Origin: a virus | Lineage: Duplodnaviria > Heunggongvirae > Uroviricota > Caudoviricetes | IMG/VR virus record: IMGVR_UViG_3300033076_001232 | Span: 206,435 to 250,353 of that record | DNA length: 43,919 bases | Strand: one strand, 5' to 3' | Shown: positions 28,105-36,222 of the stretch, piece by piece | Numbering within the stretch: the stretch's first letter is position 1 | Layout of the letters: every line of letters starts with the position of its first letter | The notes under the pieces: generated by a model | Told to the model about the DNA's origin: nothing | The model's input: only the letters and a program-made list of their open reading frames with translations | Databases searched by the model: none | Program-made: the position numbers and the translations under genes

Positions 28105-28683
28105 TCAGGATTTACCTAATAGATCCTTCATAATATATGAATCCCTCTCGTTTAAAGGTATTGGACTTAGGTCTATGTAATCTATCTTTTCAAGTTCAAG
28201 ATAATTTTTTATTATGGAATCAAGCTTAATAATTTCGCTTTTATTGTGATATCTAATCCCATCCTGCTCATCATCCTCTAAGAATGGAGGTACATAGTAG
28301 ATTCTGTGCCACTGACTTAGAGACTTCAGAATCTCCTTCTGAATATGATTTATAGTTGCTATATCCTTAAGTGAAAGCTGCGAATCGAATCTGGATCTGA
28401 AATAAAAATAATTTAGAATAGAACTGGAGTCACAAACTATCCATTCCTTACTTCCCACATACATTCTTTCCCTTCCTAGTTGTTTATAAAATATCACTAT
28501 CTGATCAACTGGGGTATCAGGAATTCCCCATTCTGCTATGTAATCAGTAGCAGCTTCACCTACGAATATAGAATTGCCCTTTCTTATTTTTAGTCCGTGG
28601 TGGACCGATGCTGCCAGTGTGCTCTTACCCGATGAGGGTGCACCTATTATAGAAACTAACTTCGATTTAACCTCTCCCTTCAT
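28105..28683 (-). CDS. NadR-like P-loop NTPase/kinase (AAA_28)
   Basis: IIGAPSSGKSTLA, GEAAT.YI, IVCDSS, YYVPP...DGIR. Confidence 0.75.
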   Translation of the reverse strand: MKGEVKSKLVSIIGAPSSGKSTLAASVHHGLKIRKGNSIFVGEAATDYIAEWGIPDTPVDQIVIFYKQLGRERMYVGSKEWIVCDSSSILNYFYFRSRFDSQLSLKDIATINHIQKEILKSLSQWHRIYYVPPFLEDDEQDGIRYHNKSEIIKLDSIIKNYLELEKIDYIDLSPIPLNERDSYIMKDLLGKS

Positions 28684-28741
28684 TTAATAGATTTTAATTC
28701 TATATTCAATAGGGCGTGATTTATTTCGTGTGCTGGATTTA

Positions 28742-28773
28742 TTTTTTTATCCCGAAATCTAATTATATCTTTA
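28742..28773 (+). promoter_or_regulatory. bipartite early promoter
   Basis: TTTTTTTATCCCG-N11-TATCTTTA, 23 nt before ATG. Confidence 0.75.
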
Positions 28774-28796
28774 TACTACAATTTTAAAAATCAAAA

Positions 28797-29354
28797 ATGG
28801 AAACAAAGAAAATTATTAGGTATTCGGTAATTGGTTTAGTCGTTATGATGTTTCTGGGGGTTTTCTTCAGTGTGATATCTACATCAAACCAGGAGGTTGA
28901 ATTGAAAAATCGATTCAAACAAAAAATGGATGAGAGAACAGCTTTCTACGATAAGATGTGGAAAACAATATCTCAGAAATCTCAGATCGCTCTGAAAAAT
29001 GACAGCTCATTCGTGAGAAATATAAACATCATAATGGAAGGGCGTAAGGATGCACAGGGAGTTTTTATGAAATGGGTACAGGAATCAAATCCAAATGCTA
29101 ATTATGAGTCTGTCGCCGCTCTTTATGCTGACCTTTCAAGAACGATAGAAGGCCAGAGAGATGGATTCTTCATGGAGGAGAAAATGATACAAAATATAGT
29201 TCTCGAGCATGATAATATAATGACCCGATTCCCTTCAGGATTTATTCTAAGAAACTTTATGGGAAGAACCCGAATATCTTACAAACCGATTACTTCCGAC
29301 GTTACTGATGGCGTTATGAAGGAGGGTAAAGATAACAATACCAAGGTATTTTAA
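28797..29354 (+). CDS. LemA-like membrane-anchored protein
   Basis: N-terminal TM, SNQEVELKN...YDKMWKTISQK, helical body, HDN..TRFPS.FI...MGR end. Confidence 0.6.
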   Translation: METKKIIRYSVIGLVVMMFLGVFFSVISTSNQEVELKNRFKQKMDERTAFYDKMWKTISQKSQIALKNDSSFVRNINIIMEGRKDAQGVFMKWVQESNPNANYESVAALYADLSRTIEGQRDGFFMEEKMIQNIVLEHDNIMTRFPSGFILRNFMGRTRISYKPITSDVTDGVMKEGKDNNTKVF

Positions 29355-29374
29355 TAGAAAGAAAAAGTTTAACT

Positions 29375-29398
29375 AAAGGGAGCTTAGGCTCCCTTTTT
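29375..29398 (+). terminator. intrinsic terminator
   Basis: AAAGGGAGC-TTAG-GCTCCCTTT plus T-tract. Confidence 0.75.
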
Positions 29399-29411
29399 AA
29401 TATCCATTAAC

Positions 29412-30611
29412 ATGTCAATTTGGTTTTCTCTATTAATTCCCATTATAGCAGCTTTTGTTATGCTAAAATGGTTTAGTCGTAATCTAACCTGGTGGGAGGT
29501 AGTTATTCCACTAGCATCCTGTTTTCTATTCATCACAATATTTAAGCTGATCGTTGAAACTGTAGAGGTAAACGACACTGAATACCATGGAGCTATTATA
29601 ACCGAAGCAAGATATTATGAATATTGGGAAACTTACGTTCATAAGACATGTACCAGAACAGTAAGCTGTGGAAAAAATTGTACAACCACAGTAACTTATG
29701 ATTGCTCATATTGCGATGAAAATCCTGCAAGATGGACGGTTGTAAATTCTCTAGGAGAAGAGTTTTCTGTCAGCCAAGAATTCTATAATTATCTAATAAA
29801 GAAATGGAAAGCTAGAGAGCAATTTGTGGAATTAAATAGGGACATAGATGACGGTGGATTTGGCTGTGGTCAAGATGGTGATATGTACAAAATATCATGG
29901 GATGGAGATCCAATGACATCTGAATCGACCACTACTGATCATTGGTATGAAAATAGGGTTCAAGCAGCACACACCGCTTTTGATTTCCCTGAGGTAACCG
30001 ATGAGGATATCTCTTTATATGGACTAATGGATTATCCGGAGATGGATGGTATTTTCCAGAAGACTGTTCTAGGTATGGAAAAGATCAACTGGATGTCTGA
30101 GGTAGAGAGAGATCGAATGGAGCAGTGGGGTAAATATTTGAATGGACATTTAGGAACTAAGAAACACGCTAGAATATACGTTCTATTCTTCGTAGATAAA
30201 CCTCAGATAGCAGCAAACATGCAAGAAGCATATTGGGACGGAGGAAATGATAATGAGATAGTCGTATGTATAGGTTTAAGTAACAAATCAAGGGAAATCC
30301 AATGGGTGAGACCATTTACGTGGTCACCGGAAAGAAGAATCATTCCTGACGTCAGAGAGGCAATTCTAAATAAGGGATACTTTAATACCGACGAGGTATC
30401 CAGATCCATTATGAAATATGTTGATCTAGAGTTCAAGAGAAAGGACTTCAAAGAGTTCTCGTACATAACAGTAGAGCCTCCGACATGGTCTAAGTGGGTA
30501 ACATTTATAGTAACCATCCTGATTACATTCGGACTTTGTTATTGGGCAATAGTCAATGACGTTAATTCCGAGGATGACCCATTAAAGAATTTTCTAAGAA
30601 GTAGATTCTAA
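29412..30611 (+). CDS. membrane protein with Cys-rich periplasmic segment and TPM-like domain
   Basis: Two N-terminal TMs, CTRTVSCGKNC...CSYC, YVLFF...GGNDNEIVVCIG...WVRPFTW, C-terminal TM. Confidence 0.6.
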   Translation: MSIWFSLLIPIIAAFVMLKWFSRNLTWWEVVIPLASCFLFITIFKLIVETVEVNDTEYHGAIITEARYYEYWETYVHKTCTRTVSCGKNCTTTVTYDCSYCDENPARWTVVNSLGEEFSVSQEFYNYLIKKWKAREQFVELNRDIDDGGFGCGQDGDMYKISWDGDPMTSESTTTDHWYENRVQAAHTAFDFPEVTDEDISLYGLMDYPEMDGIFQKTVLGMEKINWMSEVERDRMEQWGKYLNGHLGTKKHARIYVLFFVDKPQIAANMQEAYWDGGNDNEIVVCIGLSNKSREIQWVRPFTWSPERRIIPDVREAILNKGYFNTDEVSRSIMKYVDLEFKRKDFKEFSYITVEPPTWSKWVTFIVTILITFGLCYWAIVNDVNSEDDPLKNFLRSRF

Positions 30612-30639
30612 TTTCCCTCGTAATGTTTTTGTAAATTTG
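30612..30639 (+). promoter_or_regulatory. bipartite early promoter (variant)
   Basis: TTTCCCTCG-N11-TAAATTTG, 17 nt before ATG. Confidence 0.7.
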
Positions 30640-30656
30640 TCTTATATAAAAAAGAC

Positions 30657-31409
30657 ATGAACAGAATACTAGAATCATTAGCACCTTTTTGTCAGGCAAA
30701 AAATATAGGAAATGCTCTTTCCAATACTAATGATGCTACGCCAAGGGTCAAGTTTATTATATCCCTTTTAGAAGAGATTGGAATACCCTATGAATTGGAC
30801 ACATTCATAGTAGCCGGAAAGCCATTCCATAATGTTATACTAAGAGGAACTAATAACCGTATGGTTATAGCTCACCATGATATAGTAAATCCGGAATCTG
30901 ATAACGCAAATGATAACTCGGCTTCGGTAATAAACGCAATCTATCTGAAATCTCTAGTTCCTGAATTAAATGTGGTTCTAACTGATGGTGAAGAAGTTGG
31001 GTTTGTTGGTGCCAACCATTTGGCCAAGCAGATTCTATGTGGAGATTTCGGAGATATTGAATGGGTTCTTAATATAGAGCTAAGCGGTAAAGGTGGAAAG
31101 AATTTCATGATAGGTGCTCATGACGGTAGGCTTACCGAACATATATTGGGTATTTTTGACGCTCCTATAGTGCAAACTCCCCCGAGTGACTGCTATGCTT
31201 TATCCAAGTATGGTATTGATACGAATGTTATCAACCCACTACCCATGTTATTAGAAGGCGAGTCAGGAATCAAACAAGGGGATTCTTTCTTAGATAATTC
31301 ATCTTGGTACCTTTGCCACAGCAAAGCAGATTCACTAGAAAAGATCTCACTTAAGGATATGAACGAGTTTGTCACTGAGGTTCTATATCCGATAGTAACC
31401 CATAAATAG
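30657..31409 (+). CDS. M28 family zinc peptidase
   Basis: IAHHD, ANDNSAS, TDGEEVGFVGA, LNIEL, CHSKADS. Confidence 0.85.
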   Translation: MNRILESLAPFCQAKNIGNALSNTNDATPRVKFIISLLEEIGIPYELDTFIVAGKPFHNVILRGTNNRMVIAHHDIVNPESDNANDNSASVINAIYLKSLVPELNVVLTDGEEVGFVGANHLAKQILCGDFGDIEWVLNIELSGKGGKNFMIGAHDGRLTEHILGIFDAPIVQTPPSDCYALSKYGIDTNVINPLPMLLEGESGIKQGDSFLDNSSWYLCHSKADSLEKISLKDMNEFVTEVLYPIVTHK

Positions 31410-31413
31410 ACGG

Positions 31414-31422
31414 GATATATAA
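31414..31422 (+). promoter_or_regulatory. putative late promoter GATATATAA
   Basis: 20 nt upstream of leader-bearing gene. Confidence 0.55.
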
Positions 31423-31442
31423 AAACAAAATCACAGTTCTTT

Positions 31443-32501
31443 ATGAAGAATATAAAGAAATTCTCCGAGTTCTCATCACATAGTATTAGCGAGAGCCTGA
31501 CACCCATAGAAATGGAAAAATGGCCTTCTAATTGGAAGAGTATGCCAATATGGAAAGAGCTGGAGGGTATGGGATTCGAAGAGACTACTACTACCGGACA
31601 GGCTAGAAATGGATCTATTATGATAAGAACTACTAATCCTGGTATAGCTAGGGTTTATCCAGAAGGCATAGTTCTACAACCGTCAGGCTACATTAGGGAT
31701 AAGGGAGTATCATCAGGATTCATCAAGAGATACCAAGATGATTTTAAACTCTATGACATGTTTAAATATCTTGCTGATAGATTCGGTAATGAATTAGAGA
31801 AACTATCCCATTCTGAATATCACGGTCCATTAACGCAGGAACAAGTAAGTGAAATCAATCTGGGTACCAAATCAAAGTGGCTGTGGAATAATGAAACTCA
31901 GTCGGTTGACATAAAGGGGTCATTCATACAAAGCAAAAACTCTAATGCTGAAATATTATTCACTATAAATTTTGGAAATATTAAGGGAAATTTTGAAATC
32001 AATAGAGGAGGGGATTTAGATTCACTTGAATTTTTACCATTGGCTGTAGAAGGGAATATGAGTATTAATTCACGAGGGATTGTAATCCAAGATTTAAAAA
32101 CATTTCCGACATTAAAGGTTGGCAAGAATTTACGGATTGCATGCGATTTAAAATCTATGGAGGGTTTCAGCGATTTAGATAGAAATATCGGCGGGTTTAG
32201 TTGTAATTATTTTACAGCAATTCCATTTAATACGGAAACAGCAGCAAAAATAATGGAAACAGAAGATCCAATATATCGGACATCTGGTTATAGAGATACC
32301 ACAGTATACGTATATGATGTTGAGGAGGCTAAAGAATTAGTTCTGACCTCCGGATTGGTTAGCGACGAATATTTTAAGAAAAACCCATTGGATCTAAGAT
32401 TCCTAAAGAATCTACCCGAGTTAAAAGCTGGCATTTTAAAAAGAACGGGATTGAAGGATTTTTCAGAGCTTGGTGATCTACTAAAGGGTGGATATATTTA
32501 G
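31443..32501 (+). CDS. hypothetical protein with degenerate LRR-like repeats, leader and shared C-terminal module
   Basis: MKNIKKFSEFSSHSISE-S; IKGNF...LDSLEFLP..VEGN...LKTFP..VGKN...LKSMEG. Confidence 0.65.
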   Translation: MKNIKKFSEFSSHSISESLTPIEMEKWPSNWKSMPIWKELEGMGFEETTTTGQARNGSIMIRTTNPGIARVYPEGIVLQPSGYIRDKGVSSGFIKRYQDDFKLYDMFKYLADRFGNELEKLSHSEYHGPLTQEQVSEINLGTKSKWLWNNETQSVDIKGSFIQSKNSNAEILFTINFGNIKGNFEINRGGDLDSLEFLPLAVEGNMSINSRGIVIQDLKTFPTLKVGKNLRIACDLKSMEGFSDLDRNIGGFSCNYFTAIPFNTETAAKIMETEDPIYRTSGYRDTTVYVYDVEEAKELVLTSGLVSDEYFKKNPLDLRFLKNLPELKAGILKRTGLKDFSELGDLLKGGYI

Positions 32502-32534
32502 ATAAAATAAATCCATCTCTAAATATTCTGAGAG

Positions 32535-32543
32535 GATATATAA
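32535..32543 (+). promoter_or_regulatory. putative late promoter GATATATAA
   Basis: 4 nt before ATG 32548. Confidence 0.55.
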
Positions 32544-32547
32544 GTAC

Positions 32548-32724
32548 ATGATACTTAAATTCCATCAATTCATATCCGAATCAGAGAATAAAAAATCCAA
32601 GTCCAAGAAGTCCAAGAAAAAAGAAGTTTGCAATGAATGCAACAAAAAGATGGATGAGTGCTGTTGTCAGGATTACGGTGGAGGGTATCTAGGAGCAGAA
32701 ATGCCATCAAATCTACTTTATTAA
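32548..32724 (+). CDS. 58-aa Lys-rich, Cys-rich microprotein with leader (not in ORF track)
   Basis: MILKFHQFISE-SENKKSKSKKSKKKEVCNECNKKMDECCCQDYGGGYLGAEMPSNLLY. Confidence 0.7.
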   Translation: MILKFHQFISESENKKSKSKKSKKKEVCNECNKKMDECCCQDYGGGYLGAEMPSNLLY

Positions 32725-32726
32725 TT

Positions 32727-32927
32727 ATGATCAAAGCTTTTGTTATTAAATCCCAGACCATCAAAGAGGCTAAGGAGGTTTGGGGCGAATCCGTGTTGAA
32801 TGATATTTTCGACATAACCAGAAAGGTTAAACCCAATGAAGCTCTGGAAATCTTAAAACAGGAGAATAAAAATAAACACTCCGATTGTCTAAGATATATT
32901 TTCAGTGAAATGCTTCTAAGTAAGTGA
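32727..32927 (+). CDS. hypothetical protein
   Basis: ATG 2 nt after upstream stop; start revised from 32658. Confidence 0.55.
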   Translation: MIKAFVIKSQTIKEAKEVWGESVLNDIFDITRKVKPNEALEILKQENKNKHSDCLRYIFSEMLLSK

Positions 32928-33004
32928 AACATTTTAAATCCAATCTAATATGAATCATATAACACTTAGGGATTGATCTCTAAAGATGTTTGTTTTGGTT
33001 CAAG

Positions 33005-33033
33005 AATCAGGGAACGGAGTTCCCTGATTTTTT
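33005..33033 (+). terminator. intrinsic terminator
   Basis: AATCAGGGAAC-GGA-GTTCCCTGATT plus T-tract. Confidence 0.8.
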
Positions 33034-33044
33034 AGTTTTGTGCT

Positions 33045-33053
33045 AATATATAG
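33045..33053 (+). promoter_or_regulatory. putative late promoter AATATATAG
   Basis: 6 nt before ATG 33060, directly after a terminator. Confidence 0.5.
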
Positions 33054-33059
33054 TTAACT

Positions 33060-33269
33060 ATGAGCAACTCAGATTTTTTAGAAGAAATCCTTTTCGAAGG
33101 ACATCGGTTAGGCATCATTGATGATCTAATGAAAGAAGCTAAAAATGAAATGGATAAAGGAATCTATAGCCACTACTGTGATGCTTATTTGTACGTAATA
33201 ACTAGAATGGTTAAAGAAATGAATCTGCAGGATTCTATCTTTTATCCCACAATTTCCATATGCGGATAG
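33060..33269 (+). CDS. hypothetical protein
   Basis: Follows terminator and motif; possible leader ending ILFE-G. Confidence 0.6.
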   Translation: MSNSDFLEEILFEGHRLGIIDDLMKEAKNEMDKGIYSHYCDAYLYVITRMVKEMNLQDSIFYPTISICG

Positions 33270-33459
33270 ACTTACCCGAAAGCCAAAAATACAACCCAAA
33301 GAAAAACAGAGACAGGCAATAGAAAATTCCATCCGTAACCCAATAAGACCCTGTCCACTTCATCACAAGAGCAAATAAAGCGTCGAATCCCAGCGGATTG
33401 AAAAACGTTGCCAGGATCAGGACAACTGTCTGGATCTTCTTTCTGTTTGATTGAGTCAT
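33235..33459 (-). CDS. small two-TM membrane protein
   Basis: LILATFFNPLGFDALFALVMKWTGSYWVTDGIFYCLSLFFFGLYF. Confidence 0.6.
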   Translation of the reverse strand: MTQSNRKKIQTVVLILATFFNPLGFDALFALVMKWTGSYWVTDGIFYCLSLFFFGLYFWLSGKSIRIWKLWDKR

Positions 33460-33621
33460 TACCTAGGGGTTCCGTGTCCATAGTGGAAAATTTTTGCACA
33501 AACTTTATCCTTAGTGGAAAAAATTTGAGGGATTCGAGTTATCCAACTGTATATATTGGAATTTTTTTAATTTTGTCGAAATAATTCGAGGAAGACAACT
33601 ATATAAATCAAAAATACAATT

Positions 33622-33936
33622 ATGGCAAATTTTGAAACATGGGTAGACGTAGACCCAGATGATTACTGGAGAGAGATGTCCAGAAGAGAAAAAAATGAAA
33701 TGATAGGCATTGCAGTCGAGGCAGCATCTGAAGACGATAATTTAAAGGACATTTTAATCGATAGTATTAAAGAACACTTTGAGCCGGGAGAAAGAATAAC
33801 CATCTCAGCTTCGCCGGAATCATCCTATGATCAATTAGAATTTGAAAAGTCTTTGCAAGCATTACAAAGATCATATTATAGTTTATCCCAGGATAAAATT
33901 GATCAGATAAACGAGATTGCTAAAATCTATAAATAA
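33622..33936 (+). CDS. hypothetical protein
   Basis: ATG after A-rich tract, in operon with thioesterase. Confidence 0.65.
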   Translation: MANFETWVDVDPDDYWREMSRREKNEMIGIAVEAASEDDNLKDILIDSIKEHFEPGERITISASPESSYDQLEFEKSLQALQRSYYSLSQDKIDQINEIAKIYK

Positions 33937-33939
33937 CCA

Positions 33940-34350
33940 ATGGAGCTACTAAACACTCACCCGATTAAAAAATCAGATTTAGGATTTCATGGTAATCTTT
34001 TTGGAGGAAAACTCTTGGCGTGGATCGATGCAGCCGCTGCGGGATACTCCATGCAGCTTTGTGATAGCCCAAGAATGGTTACAGTGCAAATAGACAAATG
34101 TAACTTCGAAAAGCCAGCAAGAGAAGGTCAATTATTAAAAATTTACGGTTACCCGACATCGGTTGGGAACAGCTCAGTTACTCTAATAATGGAAGCCAGA
34201 GCACACAATGTTTACACAGGAAAGCAAGCCTTAGTCCTTAGAACTCATATTAAGTTTGTTCAGATAGATGAGGAGGGACATCCTATTCCCATAGGTGAGA
34301 AGGGAAAGAATAGAATAAATGGGTTAATTGGTAAATTACCCGCTGAATAA
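33940..34350 (+). CDS. acyl-CoA thioesterase (hotdog fold, YciA-like)
   Basis: DLGFHGNLFGGKLLAWID, VTVQID...FEKP, VGNSS, FVQIDEEG.P.PI. Confidence 0.9.
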   Translation: MELLNTHPIKKSDLGFHGNLFGGKLLAWIDAAAAGYSMQLCDSPRMVTVQIDKCNFEKPAREGQLLKIYGYPTSVGNSSVTLIMEARAHNVYTGKQALVLRTHIKFVQIDEEGHPIPIGEKGKNRINGLIGKLPAE

Positions 34351-34382
34351 TTTTTTTCCCCCGTATTCCATTAATATATTTG
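34351..34382 (+). promoter_or_regulatory. bipartite early promoter
   Basis: TTTTTTTCCCCCG-N11-TATATTTG, 28 nt before ATG. Confidence 0.75.
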
Positions 34383-34410
34383 AAGTATAATTTAAAAAAC
34401 TTATTTTATT

Positions 34411-34848
34411 ATGGCTTACACAAAAAAACCAGTTAACACGCAGGCTCCTTCAAACAACAAGACCTGGACAAAGGATGATCTAAACATTTTACAGTCTTTG
34501 GCTGCAAAAGGATCTTCTACAGCGGAGATCGCTAAGATCTTAGGTAGAACTAAAGCTTCGATATGGTGCAGAAAGAGCACTATGGGGATCAAAGGTCGTT
34601 TGACTTCTTCCAAAGGGTCAGGAATCGTTGCTCCTACTACGGTTAGCACCAAAGTAAGAGGTGGCAAGAAAAAAATAAAAATAGAAGCTCCTAAGCTCGA
34701 GGCGAAAAAGAAAGAAACGCCGATGGCTTCTTCCGCTCCTACTCCGGCAAAACAGACCACAGTTTACGCTGACGCAGTTCAAGGTCTGAAAGATCTTAAA
34801 AAATTGGCCGAGATTACCGGAGCCAAGATCGTTATAACTCTGGAGTAA
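34411..34848 (+). CDS. helix-turn-helix protein (GcrA N-terminal-like) with basic low-complexity tail
   Basis: WTKDDLNILQSLAAKGSSTAEIAKILGRTKASIWCR. Confidence 0.7.
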   Translation: MAYTKKPVNTQAPSNNKTWTKDDLNILQSLAAKGSSTAEIAKILGRTKASIWCRKSTMGIKGRLTSSKGSGIVAPTTVSTKVRGGKKKIKIEAPKLEAKKKETPMASSAPTPAKQTTVYADAVQGLKDLKKLAEITGAKIVITLE

Positions 34849-34868
34849 TTAAACTCGAATATCAAACT

Positions 34869-34902
34869 AAAATCCCTGTCTTTAATTAGACAGGGATTTT
34901 TT
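34869..34902 (+). terminator. intrinsic terminator
   Basis: AAAATCCCTGTCT/AGACAGGGATTTT stem plus T-tract. Confidence 0.85.
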
Positions 34903-34904
34903 GT

Positions 34905-34913
34905 GATATATAG
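34905..34913 (+). promoter_or_regulatory. putative late promoter GATATATAG
   Basis: Directly after terminator, 4 nt before ATG 34918. Confidence 0.6.
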
Positions 34914-34917
34914 ATTC

Positions 34918-35391
34918 ATGAGGTATATCAAATTATTCGAATCGTACACCGCCACCAACGCCGACTATAGCGCTATGGTTTCTACTGTACCTAACTTCAA
35001 AGACGACTTTGAAAAATTGGCTGAGTCTTTTCTTAGGGATCTTTCTAAGGACTATGTTATCAGGAAGGATAAGGAGTATGATCCAAAAATAGGAAATGAT
35101 GCCTGGTTCACACAAAAGTTCTTTGAATGGTGCGAACTACAAAGACTGCCTATCAGAACAATTTATTTCGATAATGTCGACGGAAAGAGCGGTCACATAG
35201 CTCCTTATTTGGAAGGATGGGTTATAGATTTTGCTTATAACAAACTATCAAAAAAGAGTAAGCAATCTCTTAGAGTTGGAAAGCCGGAGGACTACGAGAA
35301 GCTGGGATATAAGACGAGAAGAGAAAACATATATGATGAATTCCCGGATTGGATTGAAGAGATATATAGTCTGAAGAAAAAAGCAAACTAA
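34918..35391 (+). CDS. leader-bearing protein, possible papain/transglutaminase-like fold
   Basis: MRYIKLFE-SY leader; GNDAWF...GHIAP....VIDF spacing; start revised from 34903. Confidence 0.55.
   Translation: MRYIKLFESYTATNADYSAMVSTVPNFKDDFEKLAESFLRDLSKDYVIRKDKEYDPKIGNDAWFTQKFFEWCELQRLPIRTIYFDNVDGKSGHIAPYLEGWVIDFAYNKLSKKSKQSLRVGKPEDYEKLGYKTRRENIYDEFPDWIEEIYSLKKKAN
35361..35369 (+). promoter_or_regulatory. putative late promoter GATATATAG
   Basis: Inside the end of the upstream gene, 21 nt before leader-bearing ATG 35391. Confidence 0.45.
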
Positions 35392-36206
35392 TGAAGCACA
35401 TTAAACTATTTGAATATTTCCAAAAAACACGTCAGAATGTAGATACAACTCTGGCTTGGTCAGCAAAGAGATTAAATCCTCTGGAAGTTGGCATTTGGAA
35501 GGGTAAGGGTATAGAACCTAATAGAGGAGTTTATAAAAAGGGTACAAAAGACGGGATACCATATTCTAGCAGAACAATGTTTACCTTCCCTAATGACGGA
35601 ACCCTATTAGATGGGATTAAATACATCAAGGATGGAATAACAAGGGATAATGTAGCAGAATTGGTTGATTATGGGATATCAATTCTACCAGCAAAGATGG
35701 ATTTAGAAAACTATGATGTTGTTTTAATTCCTGATAGCAGATCTAAACTTCTTGTAGAAATAGTTGACGCTCTTCTAGATATTAAACCAGCATACTCATC
35801 ACATAAAAAAGATTGGAAGCCTAATGTAATTAACAGGGCTTTTAGTAAAAGAAACTGTAATGAGGTAGAATGGGATATAGAAAAAATAGATCGTTTGAGT
35901 TCAGAAAGTACCAAAAACCAGGTTCTAAAAATAATGAACAATGTTAGGGGTTTATCTGTTCCTTTTAGATTATCGGATCACTTACAGTTCCCCCCATACA
36001 GAAAATTCGTCAAGAGATTCATGGACATAAGTCCAATAGCTCAAGAGGATATAAGAGGTAAGAGAGTTCTTATCGTTGATGATTTCGTTACTGACGGAAC
36101 CACAAAAAGACAGATGAGAGATTTGGTTCTTCCGTTCGGTCCTAAAGAGGTTACTAATCTAGCCTTATTCAACATAAAAGGAGCGAGAGACTCCGACGAA
36201 GCATAA
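35391..36206 (+). CDS. type I phosphoribosyltransferase-fold protein with leader
   Basis: PRPP-binding loop RVLIVDDFVTDGTT; VVLIPDS; leader MKHIKLFE-YF. Confidence 0.8.
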   Translation: MKHIKLFEYFQKTRQNVDTTLAWSAKRLNPLEVGIWKGKGIEPNRGVYKKGTKDGIPYSSRTMFTFPNDGTLLDGIKYIKDGITRDNVAELVDYGISILPAKMDLENYDVVLIPDSRSKLLVEIVDALLDIKPAYSSHKKDWKPNVINRAFSKRNCNEVEWDIEKIDRLSSESTKNQVLKIMNNVRGLSVPFRLSDHLQFPPYRKFVKRFMDISPIAQEDIRGKRVLIVDDFVTDGTTKRQMRDLVLPFGPKEVTNLALFNIKGARDSDEA

Positions 36207-36222
36207 ATAAATTTTAAAAAGC

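Noticed and set aside
33272-33499. Second minus-strand ORF overlapping 33235..33459
   Set aside because: Almost fully overlaps a more convincing two-TM protein in another frame.
33580-33610. Ninth early promoter (TTCG-N11-TATATAAA) before 33622
   Set aside because: Spacer is 11 nt but the second box is not TAnnTTT(G/A) and no T-tract abuts the CG; ambiguous between the two promoter classes.
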